64,000 nt of DNA from Pirellulales bacterium. Its GTDB lineage: Bacteria > Planctomycetota > Planctomycetia > Pirellulales > PALSA-1355. Below the pieces are notes generated by a model. The model had not been told where the DNA came from. It saw nothing but the letters and a program-made list of their open reading frames with translations, and made no database searches. The stretch lies in contig CAVTBU010000005.1 of NCBI GenBank assembly GCA_963733035.1, positions 384,001-448,000 on the forward strand, written 5' to 3'. This document shows positions 29,936 to 40,645 of this stretch, one piece after another. Within the stretch, counting starts at the first letter, position 1, and the number at the start of each line of letters is the position of its first letter. Made by a program: the position numbers and the translations under genes.

Positions 29936-31154
29936 GCCACGGGTTCCAGGGGGCTCGATGCTTCGACCGTCCCGGGCAATCCGGCTCGCCAGCTCTGGAG
30001 TTCCCAATAGCGCCGAATGAAGCGCGGCGCACATCGCGTGCTGGCCGTGCGAGCACCGAGGAGAGCCACTGCGATTCAAACCGCAAAGCGTCGTCAAATG
30101 CCGCTTGCGATTCGGGTGGATTCGCCAACCAATTGGCCTCCAGTGCGTCGCGTTCGGACTGAAAGAGCGTGAACAACCGTTCGGGGTCGCGCGTTACTTC
30201 GCGATGAAACAGCTCGTGGCGCCACCATAGCGAGTCGTCGGCGTGAGCGCTCGGCGCGGGGCCAACGTCGATCGGCTGTGCGACCGTGACGGGTTTGAAT
30301 AGGCTCGTACAGGGTGCCGCCGTTCCGGTCACCCAGTGACGACAGGCAGCTGGACGAAGGTCGGCGACCCAGGACGCGGTGGTTTGCGACGAGGCGACCA
30401 GTCCCCCGGCGTGCACGCAAGGCGCGTTCAAGCCACCGTTGAGCCACGAATAGGTCGGCGCCGTGTGACCTTCACCATGGTCTCGCAAGATGCGCATCAT
30501 GTCGGCCGGTCCCTCCGCCTGATCGGCCAGTTGTTGCGTGCGTCCTTGGCGCAAACGGCAGGCCGCGACGCGACCCTTGATCCGGTCGCTATGTCGCTGC
30601 GCAAAGCCGTCGATCGTCAGGCCGTTGGAAATGCTGCGGGCACCGTGAATTTCCTCGACGGCATGAAATCGGCCGGCCGTTTCCAGCACGAACGCCCGCT
30701 GCGGATCGGCCACGACAAAGCTGTTGTGATACATGAAGCCCGGCCGGGCCAGACTGCACGAGCCGCCTTGTCCGTGCGTTTCCAACAGCTCGACGATCGT
30801 CCGCACGGCCAATTCGGCGCTGTCGGCCCGTTCCAGTGCCAGCCGCAACAGGTCCATGCCAAGTAGTCCAGTCTTGGCGTACTTCTGGCGTGTGAACACG
30901 GCTTCATTGCCAATCGTCACTCCGTGCTCATTGCTTCCGATTTCAGCTCCCCACATCCAATACGGGCGGCTGAGCAGCACGGCGTATGTCTCTGCGACCT
31001 GAGGAATCTCGATCCAGGTGCACTTTACGCGCGAGCCCACCGGATGGCTTCGCCTCGGTTGCCAGTCGAGATATTGGGCTTCGTTCGGATCGCGATCGGA
31101 GTTCTTGGCGAACAGCACTCCGTCGGAACGAACGATCGCCAGGGTATCGCACAT
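29932..31154 (-). CDS. Peptidase C69/secernin-like Ntn hydrolase (frameshift near 30026)
   Basis: MCDT N-terminal nucleophile, FAKNSDRDPNEAQ, GAEIGSNEHGVTIGNEAVF, GMDLLRLALER. One added C restores DVRPRFIRRYW...EPVA*, whose stop overlaps the convergent gene's stop at CTAG. Confidence 0.87.
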
Positions 31155-31184
31155 AATCGGCAGAGCACCAAAGCGGAGTGAGAG

Positions 31185-33578
31185 TCAGGGGCCGCGGGAT
31201 GCGGTCAACTGCGAACCTTCCTTCGACGGCCCGGCCTGCTCGATGGCGTCGAGCAGCTGCTTCTGTGTGATGATATCGCGTAGCACGATTGGCTGATCGG
31301 GTCGGTCGGCCGGGAAGATCGCCAAGAGGGGAATTGACCTGCTCTGCAGCGATTCGAGCATGTTCGTAATCTCGGGGGGACTCTTGGTGTAGTCGGCCAG
31401 CATCGGCACGATCTTGTTGTCTTCGATCGCCTCGCGGACTTCGTCCGTTTCGATCGCCAGCAGAAGATTCGCTTTGCACGACAGACACCAGTCGGCCGTG
31501 AAATCAACGAGCACGGTATTGCCCGACTCTCGCAACCGGGCAAGTTCCGCTGACGAAAACGGCTGCCACGGAATGATCGAGCTGTGTGGCACGAGCCAGG
31601 TGAATGCCACGAATGTAACTATGCCCGCCACCAGAGCCCCTTGCCCCCAAGCCATCAGCTTTTTTCCCAAATCCGCGGCCAGCGACGTGCGCGCAATCCA
31701 CCAGCAGGCCAACCAAAGGCCGACCATCATGGCGAACGTCGGCACGATGTAGTCGCGGTCCATGAAGCTGAGCAGGAACACAATCGTGCCCAAGAGCACA
31801 AAGCCCATCAGATTCTTGAACGTGTCCATCCAGGCGCCGGGCTTCGGGATGAAACGAATTAACGTGGGAAACGCGCCGATGAGTAAATAAGGAGCGGACA
31901 TTCCCAAAGCGATGCAGCCAAACAGCAGGTAGGTAATCGAAGGGGGAGCTTGCAGCGTGAATCCGAACACTGGTCCGAGCGCCGGTCCGCTGCAAGGGGT
32001 GGCCAGAATCGTCGCCATTACACCCTTGGAAAACGCGCCGACGACACCCTCACGCGTGGCCAATTCACCGGCCTTGCCTGAGCCGACGAAGCCTGGAATG
32101 GGAATCTCCCACACGCCCAGAAAGCTGAGCGCCATGACAAACACGATCCCAACCATCACCACATTGAACGAGGTGAAACTGAACTGCTCCCCCCAGTTGA
32201 GATTCGTGCTGCCCAAACCCAGGCTGGCCAACGAGGCAAGCGTCGCCAACACCATGAAAACGGTAAGCGTGCCCAAGGCGTACCAAATGTTGAGCTTGAG
32301 AATCTGCGCCCGACTGCGCCCGGCCTGCTCGGCAAACGACAGAATTTTGAGCCCGATCACTGGCAGAACGCAGGGCATGAAATTCAGAATAAAACCACCC
32401 ACAAGACCGGCCAGCATGACCAGCGGTAAGGACCAGGCCAAACTTCCGCCGGTAATTTGTACGGGCTGCTCATCGGCATCGACGGGCAGCGGCTGACTGG
32501 CGGCCACCTTCGCGGCCTCACCGTATTTCGCGTCTGTGAACGAGAGCGCCGAGGCGCCACTCTCGGCTGTCGCGGCAATTTCAAGGGTGCCCGAGAACTT
32601 CGCCGCGCGCGGCAGATCACAGCGTGAGTCGAGGCAGGTTTGAAAACCGATGTATCCTTCGATCGGGTATTTCCCCGGTTTGGTGTCCTGGGGAATCACG
32701 ATCGGTGTGGTCCATTTCACCTGACCTTCGTAGTAACGCGCCGCCGGTAGGCCAGGCGCCAGTGGGACACCGTCTTTGGCGGGCGAGCTGGCCGTGGTCT
32801 TTTTGATTTGGAAACCCGACGTATTGCTCAGGCCGATCACGGTCGGTTTGTTCCCAAGGGCGCCCTCATCGCGCGTGGCCAGTTCGTAGATATGCCAACC
32901 GGGCGGCGTATCGGCCGAAAGCACCAGGTTGACCGTCGATCCCGGAGTCGCGACGCGAGGCTCCAGGTAGCCGCGAATCGTCGCATGCGTGTTGGGGTGC
33001 GTGTACTCGACGATCGATTCGGTGACCGTCGCCGCCTCCTGACGCTCGGCTTCGAAGGCATAGTCGGTCGGTGGCAGACAGGTCCCGACTTTGCAAACTT
33101 GCGATCGCACGACGCCTTTGACCTTGAGCTTGTTCAAGTCCGCGCCGGGCCGAAACTCAATCGGGGCTTGCCAGGTGACCTCGCCAGAAAACTCCTCCAG
33201 CGTGAAATCCCCGTCGTGCACAACCTTCGGCGGCAACGTCGAACGAAAATCGCCTGCTAGACGGTAGTCGTCTGAAGGCTCAACGGTGATCTGTGTGGGT
33301 AGGGCGCCATGCGGCTTTTGCTCCGTGGAATAGGTGTACCAGGGCGCTTCGATCTGGGCCGTGATCGATAGGAGACCCTCTCGCCCATGGCTCGGAGGTA
33401 CGAAGTGAGCGAAGACCGAGACGATCGTTTGCGGAGATCCGGCTGACACGCCAGCCTGCCCCAACGGTCCGCCGCTCAAAATGTCGCTCAACTGGGCTGA
33501 GGCGCTGCTGGCCGCGACCGAGAGCATTGCGACCGCCATACTCATTGGCACAAGACGCCGGATCGGGAATGCGAGCAT
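31185..33578 (-). CDS. dsbD: Thiol:disulfide interchange protein DsbD
   Basis: Signal peptide, two N-terminal domains (CKVGTC, CLDSRC), TM domain with NFMPCVLP and ATPCSGP, thioredoxin domain DFTADWCLSCK. Confidence 0.88.
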   Translation of the reverse strand: MLAFPIRRLVPMSMAVAMLSVAASSASAQLSDILSGGPLGQAGVSAGSPQTIVSVFAHFVPPSHGREGLLSITAQIEAPWYTYSTEQKPHGALPTQITVEPSDDYRLAGDFRSTLPPKVVHDGDFTLEEFSGEVTWQAPIEFRPGADLNKLKVKGVVRSQVCKVGTCLPPTDYAFEAERQEAATVTESIVEYTHPNTHATIRGYLEPRVATPGSTVNLVLSADTPPGWHIYELATRDEGALGNKPTVIGLSNTSGFQIKKTTASSPAKDGVPLAPGLPAARYYEGQVKWTTPIVIPQDTKPGKYPIEGYIGFQTCLDSRCDLPRAAKFSGTLEIAATAESGASALSFTDAKYGEAAKVAASQPLPVDADEQPVQITGGSLAWSLPLVMLAGLVGGFILNFMPCVLPVIGLKILSFAEQAGRSRAQILKLNIWYALGTLTVFMVLATLASLASLGLGSTNLNWGEQFSFTSFNVVMVGIVFVMALSFLGVWEIPIPGFVGSGKAGELATREGVVGAFSKGVMATILATPCSGPALGPVFGFTLQAPPSITYLLFGCIALGMSAPYLLIGAFPTLIRFIPKPGAWMDTFKNLMGFVLLGTIVFLLSFMDRDYIVPTFAMMVGLWLACWWIARTSLAADLGKKLMAWGQGALVAGIVTFVAFTWLVPHSSIIPWQPFSSAELARLRESGNTVLVDFTADWCLSCKANLLLAIETDEVREAIEDNKIVPMLADYTKSPPEITNMLESLQSRSIPLLAIFPADRPDQPIVLRDIITQKQLLDAIEQAGPSKEGSQLTASRGP

Positions 33579-33737
33579 GCCCCTTATATCCTTATCCAGT
33601 AAAGCATTAAGAGCGCGAAAAGCCAGCCAATTCTAACGAGGTTCGCGCGAATGGGTCAACGTCGAACCCCTCAGGGATCGCTGGTTATACGCAAGCCGGT
33701 GGATGTCGGGTCGCGCGCTTGGCGGTCTAAATCGAGC

Positions 33738-34751
33738 CTAACCAACCGCTTGCGATAGCCACACGAGTCTGGTTACGAACTCGTCTACACGCCGCAAGAC
33801 AGCGTCCCGGTGGGCAAACTGCCGGTCCTCCAGGTAAATCCACTCGAGCCATTGGAGACCGCCCATCAAGACCGTGCTGCGGTCGAACGCGGTCACCAAC
33901 ATTCGCTCATCGTTGCTGAGCCGACGCACCGACTCGTACGCCGCCAGCCCGCGCTGCCAATCGGCCCGCACGTCGATGGCCAGGCTCCCCAGCAGTCGGG
34001 CCACGTCGGCCGCGACGTTTTCCGCCCGCATGGCGCCGAAATCGACGATCCCGCTAACTTCGTCGCCGACGAATAGAACATTCGCATGCCACACATCGCG
34101 AATACATGGCTCCAAGGCCACGTCCAGACCACCCGCTTGTTCCAACAGCGGGAGAAGTTTGGGACCTACGACGGCGGCCAATTCAACCAGTCGATGACCG
34201 CGCGCCGCAAGTTCGGGCCAGTCTCCCTCGAGCACTGCCCTGCGCAGGTGCCTGAGCCGGCCGTTTAAAAGGCCCTGCAAGCGCAACGCGCGGTCAGCCA
34301 TGCCCGGCGAACCGATAGGGCCAGTTTCAGCCAATGGAAAGGTGCGAGCAGCCTGGTGGAATTGCGCCAGCGCCTGCATTGCGTTTTCCAACCGTGCCGT
34401 GTTCGGATGGCGACGATAGTCGGCATCGCCGGGAAGCCAAGGAGTCAGTTCCCACAGGTGCCCGGCGTGGCGGATGAACCCGTGGTGGTGATTGGTTTCC
34501 AGTGGCAGGGGAACCCGCGAGAAGCCCTCCTGGTCGACATGCCACAACACCGCTTGTACAAATTGCAGGCGTTCCGGGCTGGGGTGGTCGGCGGGCCAAC
34601 GCCGCAAGCACAATTCTCCCCGAGGTGTGCTCAGCCGCCACAGTGCCGCACCGCTGAAGCTGTCGGCCGGTTGCAAGTGCTCGGCCGCCTGCGGCTGACA
34701 ATCGTCCGGCCAGAGCCGCACGATGCGCTGGATTTCGCGGTCGACCGCCAT
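33738..34751 (-). CDS. Aminoglycoside/homoserine-kinase-like phosphotransferase
   Basis: LAQFH, catalytic loop IRDVWHAN, IVDFG. Confidence 0.78.
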   Translation of the reverse strand: MAVDREIQRIVRLWPDDCQPQAAEHLQPADSFSGAALWRLSTPRGELCLRRWPADHPSPERLQFVQAVLWHVDQEGFSRVPLPLETNHHHGFIRHAGHLWELTPWLPGDADYRRHPNTARLENAMQALAQFHQAARTFPLAETGPIGSPGMADRALRLQGLLNGRLRHLRRAVLEGDWPELAARGHRLVELAAVVGPKLLPLLEQAGGLDVALEPCIRDVWHANVLFVGDEVSGIVDFGAMRAENVAADVARLLGSLAIDVRADWQRGLAAYESVRRLSNDERMLVTAFDRSTVLMGGLQWLEWIYLEDRQFAHRDAVLRRVDEFVTRLVWLSQAVG

Positions 34752-35040
34752 TGGAAGTCTCGGGAAGTGGCCGGAAAACGGGTGCCCTGGGCGTAATCGC
34801 TATGTATAATACAGATCGCATCCCCGAGACGGGCAATTCGGGAATTCACTCCAAAAGCGACCCTCCCCGCCGGCTGGCCCGTACTACAACTGTCTGCGGC
34901 GCGTTCGACTGTCGGGAGCTGGCTAGGTTAGGCTATATTTAACGCGGATGCGGCTCGCGCTTGATGGACGGCAGCGCCGCCGGGTAAAGTCCCGGCAAAT
35001 CCCTTCCCCCTTCGATCTCCCTTGGATTGCGAGAGAATTC

Positions 35041-37752
35041 ATGGCAAAGCACCTTGCTGGATTGGGCATCGTTCTGACACTGGCCTTGCTGCTGGGCACG
35101 GCATCCACCGCCCTGGGCCAGGAGGTAACCTCCGCCGAAACCTCGGACACCGCATCCAAGGACTCGAAAAGCAAATCCACGGAGTCGGCGTCGTCCGAAA
35201 AGAGCAAGCCGAAGCATCCCGCGTATGCCGACGTGATCAAGGATCACGAAACGATCGATGGCCTGATCAAAATGCATCGCAAGGGTAACCGGCTGTTAGG
35301 TGAGTTTGGCAGCCGGCAGCTCGACAAAGACTTCATCGTGTTGATCTCAATTGCCAAGGGCATTGGCCGCGGCTCGCTGCTCGGCGGCATGAGTTGGGGC
35401 TTTGGCGACGATTGGATTTGGCAGTTCCGCAAGGTCGACGACCGCATACACCTGGTTCGCCGCAACGTTCGATTTACTGCCGACAAGTCCGATCCGCAAC
35501 AACGAGCCATCGATTTGGCCTATACCGATAGCGTTCTATTCAGCTTGCCGATCTTGACCACCGCTCCGGACGGCGCGAACGTCGTCGACTTGACTTCCGT
35601 ATTCATGAGCGACTTGCCGCAGATTTCGTCCGTGCTGCCGGGGTTCTCTTTTTCGGACAACAAGAGCACCTGGGCAGAGGGATTCCCTAAGGGCAAAAAC
35701 AAGGGACTGACCGACAACATCGAGTTGGAAGTAGCCGCCACGTATGCTTCGAGTGGTCATCAGGACATCGACTCGGTGGCAGATAGCCGCGGCGCCAGCA
35801 TCCACGTGCATTATTCAATCAGCCTACTACCCGCGAACGGCTACAAGCCGCGCCTGGCCGATGATCGCGTGGGCTACTTCCTGACCGTGATCAAGGATTG
35901 GTCGAAGAAGAGTGATGACGACCGCTTCGTGCGGTACATCAACCGCTGGGACCTGCAGAAGGCGGATTCGTCGGCCGAACTTTCTCCACCCAAGAAGCCG
36001 ATTATCTTCTACTTGGAAAAGACGATCCCTTACGCTTATCGCAAGCCGATCCGCGAAGGCATTGCAGAGTGGAACAAGGCCTTTGAAAAGGCGGGCTTCG
36101 CCAACGCCATCGAAGTTCGCCAGCAGCGAGACAGCGATGATTGGGATCCCGAAGATATCAACTACAACACGTTCCGATGGATCACCGCCGGCGCCGGCTT
36201 TGCCATGGGTCCCTCGCGCGTGAACCCGCGGACCGGCCAGATTCTGGATGCCGACGTCATTTTCGACGCCGACTTCTTGCAGTTCTGGAAGCAAGAGTAC
36301 GAGAACTTCACCCCGGAGGCCGTGGCGGCCATGACCGGCGGAGCCCTCGACCTGCGGAGCTACCAGGAGCAGCAAAAAAACCGCCCGCACTTGCACCACG
36401 GCAGCGTGTGCGAATTCCATCATGGGTTGGCCCGCGAATTGGCGTTTGGCTCGCACGTGTTGGCCAGTCGCACCAGCAACCCGGCCGACCGCGAGAAGCT
36501 CGTTACGCAGGGCCTCAAGGAAGTGACGATGCACGAAATTGGCCACACGTTGGGCCTGCGTCACAACTTCAAGGCCAGCACGATGCTGACGCTGGAGGAA
36601 GTCAACGACGTGTCCAAGACCGACCAGGTGGGCCTGACGGCCTCGGTGATGGACTACGCCCCGGCGAACCTGATGCCTCAGGGAATGACGCAGGGAGACT
36701 ACTTTTCCTCGACCATCGGCCCGTACGACATGTGGGCCATTGAGTATGGTTACAAGCCACTTTCGGGCGGCACTGAAGGGGAAGTCGCGGAGCTGAAGAA
36801 GATCGCGGCCCGCTGCGGGGAAGCCGACCTGGCCTACGCGACGGACGAAGACACGCGCGGCATTGATCCTGATCCGTTGTCGAATCGCTTCGATATGGGC
36901 GAGGACCCAATTGCCTACGCCAAACTGCGGGCCCAGTTGATCAGCGAACAATGGCCGACCGTGCTCAAGGAATCGACCAAGGACGGCGAAGGCTATCAGA
37001 AAGCACGCCAGGCGTTTGGCGTGCTGCTGGCCAATCACGGCCGCGCGATGCACTTTGCTTCGCGCTATGTGGGCGGTCTGTACGTGAGCCGCGCGCACAA
37101 GGGAGACCCGGATGCCGCGCCACCGTTTACGGTGGTCGATCCGGCCAAACAACGCGAAGCGCTGGCGCTGGTCGAGGAGCAGGTTTTTAGTGACAAGCCG
37201 TTCCAATTCCCGCCGGAACTCTACAATCATCTGGCGTCCAGCCGCTGGTCGCACTGGGGCTCGTCGATTCCGTTGCGAACGGACTTTCCCGTGCATGACG
37301 TGATTTCGATGTGGCAGGAGCGGATCCTCGAGCAACTTATGTCGCCGCTGACGCTTGATCGCTTACACGACACGGAATTGCAGATTCCGGCAGATCAAGA
37401 CGCACTCACCACGCCGGAGTTGCTCGACAGTTTGACCAAGTCGATTTTCTCAGAAATTGAGAAGATGCCGGCAGGCGAATACACCAACCGGAAGCCAGCC
37501 ATCAGCAGCCTCCGCCGCAACCTGCAGCGGTCGTACCTGCGGCGGTTGTCGGAGTTGGCCCTGGGCCGCACTGGCGCTCCGCACGATTGCGAAACGGTGG
37601 CCTACAGCGAACTGTCGGCGCTCGAAGGGCGGATTAATGAATTGCTCAAGAGCGACGTCAAACTCGACACCTACAGCCGGGCGCACCTGGAAGAATCGGC
37701 CAGTCGGATTCATCGGGTGTTGGACGCGCGGTTCAATCTGACTTCGCCGTAG
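35041..37752 (+). CDS. Secreted zinc-dependent metalloprotease (DUF5117/DUF4953-type)
   Basis: Signal peptide, PRLADDRVGYF, WNKAFEKAGF, NPRTGQILDAD, HEIGHTLGLRHNF, SVMDY Met-turn, GPYDMWAIEYGY. Confidence 0.9.
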   Translation: MAKHLAGLGIVLTLALLLGTASTALGQEVTSAETSDTASKDSKSKSTESASSEKSKPKHPAYADVIKDHETIDGLIKMHRKGNRLLGEFGSRQLDKDFIVLISIAKGIGRGSLLGGMSWGFGDDWIWQFRKVDDRIHLVRRNVRFTADKSDPQQRAIDLAYTDSVLFSLPILTTAPDGANVVDLTSVFMSDLPQISSVLPGFSFSDNKSTWAEGFPKGKNKGLTDNIELEVAATYASSGHQDIDSVADSRGASIHVHYSISLLPANGYKPRLADDRVGYFLTVIKDWSKKSDDDRFVRYINRWDLQKADSSAELSPPKKPIIFYLEKTIPYAYRKPIREGIAEWNKAFEKAGFANAIEVRQQRDSDDWDPEDINYNTFRWITAGAGFAMGPSRVNPRTGQILDADVIFDADFLQFWKQEYENFTPEAVAAMTGGALDLRSYQEQQKNRPHLHHGSVCEFHHGLARELAFGSHVLASRTSNPADREKLVTQGLKEVTMHEIGHTLGLRHNFKASTMLTLEEVNDVSKTDQVGLTASVMDYAPANLMPQGMTQGDYFSSTIGPYDMWAIEYGYKPLSGGTEGEVAELKKIAARCGEADLAYATDEDTRGIDPDPLSNRFDMGEDPIAYAKLRAQLISEQWPTVLKESTKDGEGYQKARQAFGVLLANHGRAMHFASRYVGGLYVSRAHKGDPDAAPPFTVVDPAKQREALALVEEQVFSDKPFQFPPELYNHLASSRWSHWGSSIPLRTDFPVHDVISMWQERILEQLMSPLTLDRLHDTELQIPADQDALTTPELLDSLTKSIFSEIEKMPAGEYTNRKPAISSLRRNLQRSYLRRLSELALGRTGAPHDCETVAYSELSALEGRINELLKSDVKLDTYSRAHLEESASRIHRVLDARFNLTSP

Positions 37753-37900
37753 TTGGCTGCATCTTGTGCCGTGCGGCCCCCGCCAGAGCCGCAGGCTGAG
37801 CGTGCCGTTTGGCAACCAGCGGTATGACGGCTGCGCTTTCAAATCCGGCGCTCCATGCTATGCTACCCGGCGGGACTAGCGTTGCCGGAGGACTCTGCGG

Positions 37901-38248
37901 ATGAAACTCATCGTTGCGATCATTCAGCCAACTAAACTACACGCGGTGCGCGAAGCGCTTGATAAGATCGGCGTCATGCGAATGACGGTTTGCGACGCCC
38001 AAGGCTACGGACGCCAGCGGGGGCAAACCGAGTTCTATCGCGGCAATGAATATCGCACGAACCTGCTGCGCAAAGTCGCCCTGGAGATCACGGTCAACGA
38101 GGACTTTGTGGAGCGGACTCTCGAAACCATCACGAACGTTGCTCGCACCGGCCCGGAGGGAACGATCGGCGACGGCAAGATTTTCGTGCTGCCAACTGCC
38201 GAAGCAATCGACATCGCCGGTGGCCGCCGCGGCCCCGAGGCCGTTTGA
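37901..38248 (+). CDS. P-II family nitrogen regulator (GlnB/GlnK type)
   Basis: MKLIVAIIQP, GYGRQRG, YRGNEY T-loop, RTG...IGDGKIFV. Confidence 0.93.
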   Translation: MKLIVAIIQPTKLHAVREALDKIGVMRMTVCDAQGYGRQRGQTEFYRGNEYRTNLLRKVALEITVNEDFVERTLETITNVARTGPEGTIGDGKIFVLPTAEAIDIAGGRRGPEAV

Positions 38249-38286
38249 TTCTTTCTCGTCCCCAACCTTTCAGCCCTGCTCGCCTG

Positions 38287-38643
38287 ATGGCCGTCCTCGC
38301 ATTGATCTCTGATTTGATGATGCAATCGCAGGTTTCCAGCGCCGCCGAACGGGCGGGCGTCGAGCTGAGCGTCGTCTCTTCGGAAGCCGCGCTCGCTGAA
38401 CAGACGGCCGGGAGCGACGTTAAGCTGGTCATCGTTGACCTCAGCCATCCGAAACTTGATCCCGCGGATGTGATGGCGCGACTGCGACCTGTTCTACCAC
38501 CCGATGCGGTCACACTCGCCTTCGGTCCTCATGTGCACAAAGCGCGATTGGACGCCGCGTCACGGGTGGGATTCACGCACGTCCTATCGCGTGGACAGTT
38601 CCACGCGAACATGGAATCGTTGCTGCAAGCAACGGGCGAATAA
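38287..38643 (+). CDS. Atypical stand-alone receiver-like protein
   Basis: Alternating beta/alpha pattern, LVIVDL, AFGPHV, VLSRGQF. Lacks the canonical Lys. Confidence 0.6.
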   Translation: MAVLALISDLMMQSQVSSAAERAGVELSVVSSEAALAEQTAGSDVKLVIVDLSHPKLDPADVMARLRPVLPPDAVTLAFGPHVHKARLDAASRVGFTHVLSRGQFHANMESLLQATGE

Positions 38644-38657
38644 GCGGCGGAAGACGG

Positions 38658-39896
38658 CTATGCCATCGATTCGCTCGATTCTTCGGCCACGACCGGCACG
38701 CCATCGGGACCGGTTTTTAGCGACGGGAGGCCATGCGGGGCTTGTTCGCCAGGCATGTAGACCTCGTCGAGCTCGGTGGCATCTACCAACCGTCGCAACA
38801 GGAAGTAGATCACCGTGGTCGAGGTCCAGAAGTAGCTAAACACGAACCCGAAGGCCAGCGTCAACAGGCAGTTGGTCCAGAATTCAATGATCCGAGCGCC
38901 GAGGTTTCCCGACGACCCGAGCGCCTGCTGGTCGATGAGCATGAGCTGATCGACGCCGCTCCCCCAACTGATAGCCCAACGACTCAGGGCAAGAATCCAA
39001 AACGCGAACAACGTCACCAGATACCAGCCGATCACGCCGGCCAACCCCGCGATCACGGCATAGCCGAGATAACGTAACGGCCGTTGATACACGTAGGAGT
39101 AGGAATGGCTGAGCGCGCCGAAAGCATCGGTTCCTTCCGCGCTGATCGCGCCCCACATCAGCGGAAAACCGAAGAACAGGCCGAGTAGCAGGAAGGCCAT
39201 CACAAAGCCCCCCAGCAATACGGCCGGCCAAACGATCGAGGCCGCCAACACGCCGACGTCGAGCCGCATCAGCACACCAAGACCGGCCAACAGGAGTGCG
39301 ACCAGGCCAGCCCCCAGCATCGGAAATAGCGGAGCCACGAAATAAGCGCCCAAACGCGAACTGGAAAACGCGATTGAGCCGGCCAGCGAAACATTCTCCT
39401 GCCGGGCAAACGCCACGGCTGCCTGGCGCGAAATCGCTCCGCCAAAAAATCCCCAGACCACTAGCGTCCATAGTGCACAACTCAGAAGATACATGAACTT
39501 TGTGAAAGTGGGGGCTTCGTACATGCTGAACATGCGGCGAAACGGCACTGCCAACTCGTTCCATCCAGTCATCAGCGGACTTTGGGCATACCAGTAATCG
39601 AGCGACGTCATGCGGTCAGCCGGAGCGATTGGTAAGGGGCGCTCCCATGCCAGCGGCCGTTCCCACGGCCAGCTGTTGTAGGCCTCCATATGCGCAGTCA
39701 CGGCGGGCTCTTGATCATGGTCGGTGAACGCCTCGTCCAGCACGCGCCAACCGGCGACTGTGCCGGCGACGGCAACCGCGGCCAATAACAGTGCCTTGAA
39801 ATTCAAAGCCATCCGAATCGCCGCGAAGATACGCAGCGCGGGAAAGATTTGCAGCCAGTCCACCGAACGAAGGTTGCCACGTTCCTCAGCCATCAT
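38658..39896 (-). CDS. Hypothetical polytopic membrane protein
   Basis: 412-aa ORF with ~7 TM segments, GAISAEGTDAFGALSHSYSY, YFLLRRLVDATELDEV. Confidence 0.75.
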   Translation of the reverse strand: MMAEERGNLRSVDWLQIFPALRIFAAIRMALNFKALLLAAVAVAGTVAGWRVLDEAFTDHDQEPAVTAHMEAYNSWPWERPLAWERPLPIAPADRMTSLDYWYAQSPLMTGWNELAVPFRRMFSMYEAPTFTKFMYLLSCALWTLVVWGFFGGAISRQAAVAFARQENVSLAGSIAFSSSRLGAYFVAPLFPMLGAGLVALLLAGLGVLMRLDVGVLAASIVWPAVLLGGFVMAFLLLGLFFGFPLMWGAISAEGTDAFGALSHSYSYVYQRPLRYLGYAVIAGLAGVIGWYLVTLFAFWILALSRWAISWGSGVDQLMLIDQQALGSSGNLGARIIEFWTNCLLTLAFGFVFSYFWTSTTVIYFLLRRLVDATELDEVYMPGEQAPHGLPSLKTGPDGVPVVAEESSESMA

Positions 39897-40060
39897 CGCG
39901 ACTCCGTACTGGCTTGTCGGGAGTCTTCCTGACGACCCCCACCATGGTCGGCAATTATACGGACTACGCAGTGGAGCCAGAATAGGAAATCGAGGAAAGA
40001 CAGAAATGAAAATCGCGGGCGCCGATAATTGCCCGTAGCCGCGCGATCGAATTTCCCGTG

Positions 40061-40252
40061 CTACTCGTCGTCCTCGTCGAGAAAGCGATGCGATGCGTCT
40101 TCTTCGGGCAACTCGCGAAAGGGAACCGAAATGTCCTCATCGAGCCACCGGCCCAAATCGATACGGCGGCACCGCTCACTACAAAACGGCATCGACCGAC
40201 TCTCGTGCGGGTCGAATTGCTTGGAACAGGTCGGACAACGGACCTTGGCCAT
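40061..40252 (-). CDS. yacG: DNA gyrase inhibitor YacG
   Basis: CPTC...PFCSERCRRIDLGRWLDE. Confidence 0.9.
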   Translation of the reverse strand: MAKVRCPTCSKQFDPHESRSMPFCSERCRRIDLGRWLDEDISVPFRELPEEDASHRFLDEDDE

Positions 40253-40269
40253 GATTCTTCACGCGGGAA

Positions 40270-40581
40270 CTAGTCGGAGCACTTCTTGCAACTGGACTTA
40301 TCGCCCGAGCAAGGGGTATCGCTGGACCCATTGCTGCTCGACGATTCGCTCGATTTGCTGGACGATGAATCGGCTTTGGCTGCTTTCTTGTACGATTCGC
40401 TACGGTAGTCGGTCGTGTAGAAGCCCGACCCCTTGAACACCAGCGCCGCGCCGGTGCCAAACAGACGCCGCAACTTCAGCTTTTTGCACTCGGGGCACTT
40501 CTTGATCGCGTCGTCTTTGATCGATTGAAACAGCTCGAACTTGTGGCCGCAACTATCGCACAGATAGTCATACGTTGGCAT
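40270..40581 (-). CDS. FmdB family zinc-ribbon protein
   Basis: MPTYDYLCDSCGHKFE...CPEC...FKGSGFYTTDY, with a Ser-rich tail. Confidence 0.9.
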   Translation of the reverse strand: MPTYDYLCDSCGHKFELFQSIKDDAIKKCPECKKLKLRRLFGTGAALVFKGSGFYTTDYRSESYKKAAKADSSSSKSSESSSSNGSSDTPCSGDKSSCKKCSD

Positions 40582-40645
40582 AAACTGCGAACCTCCCACG
40601 AACTGACAATTAAAACGCGGCAGGCCTGCCGCGCGGAATGTTGTA

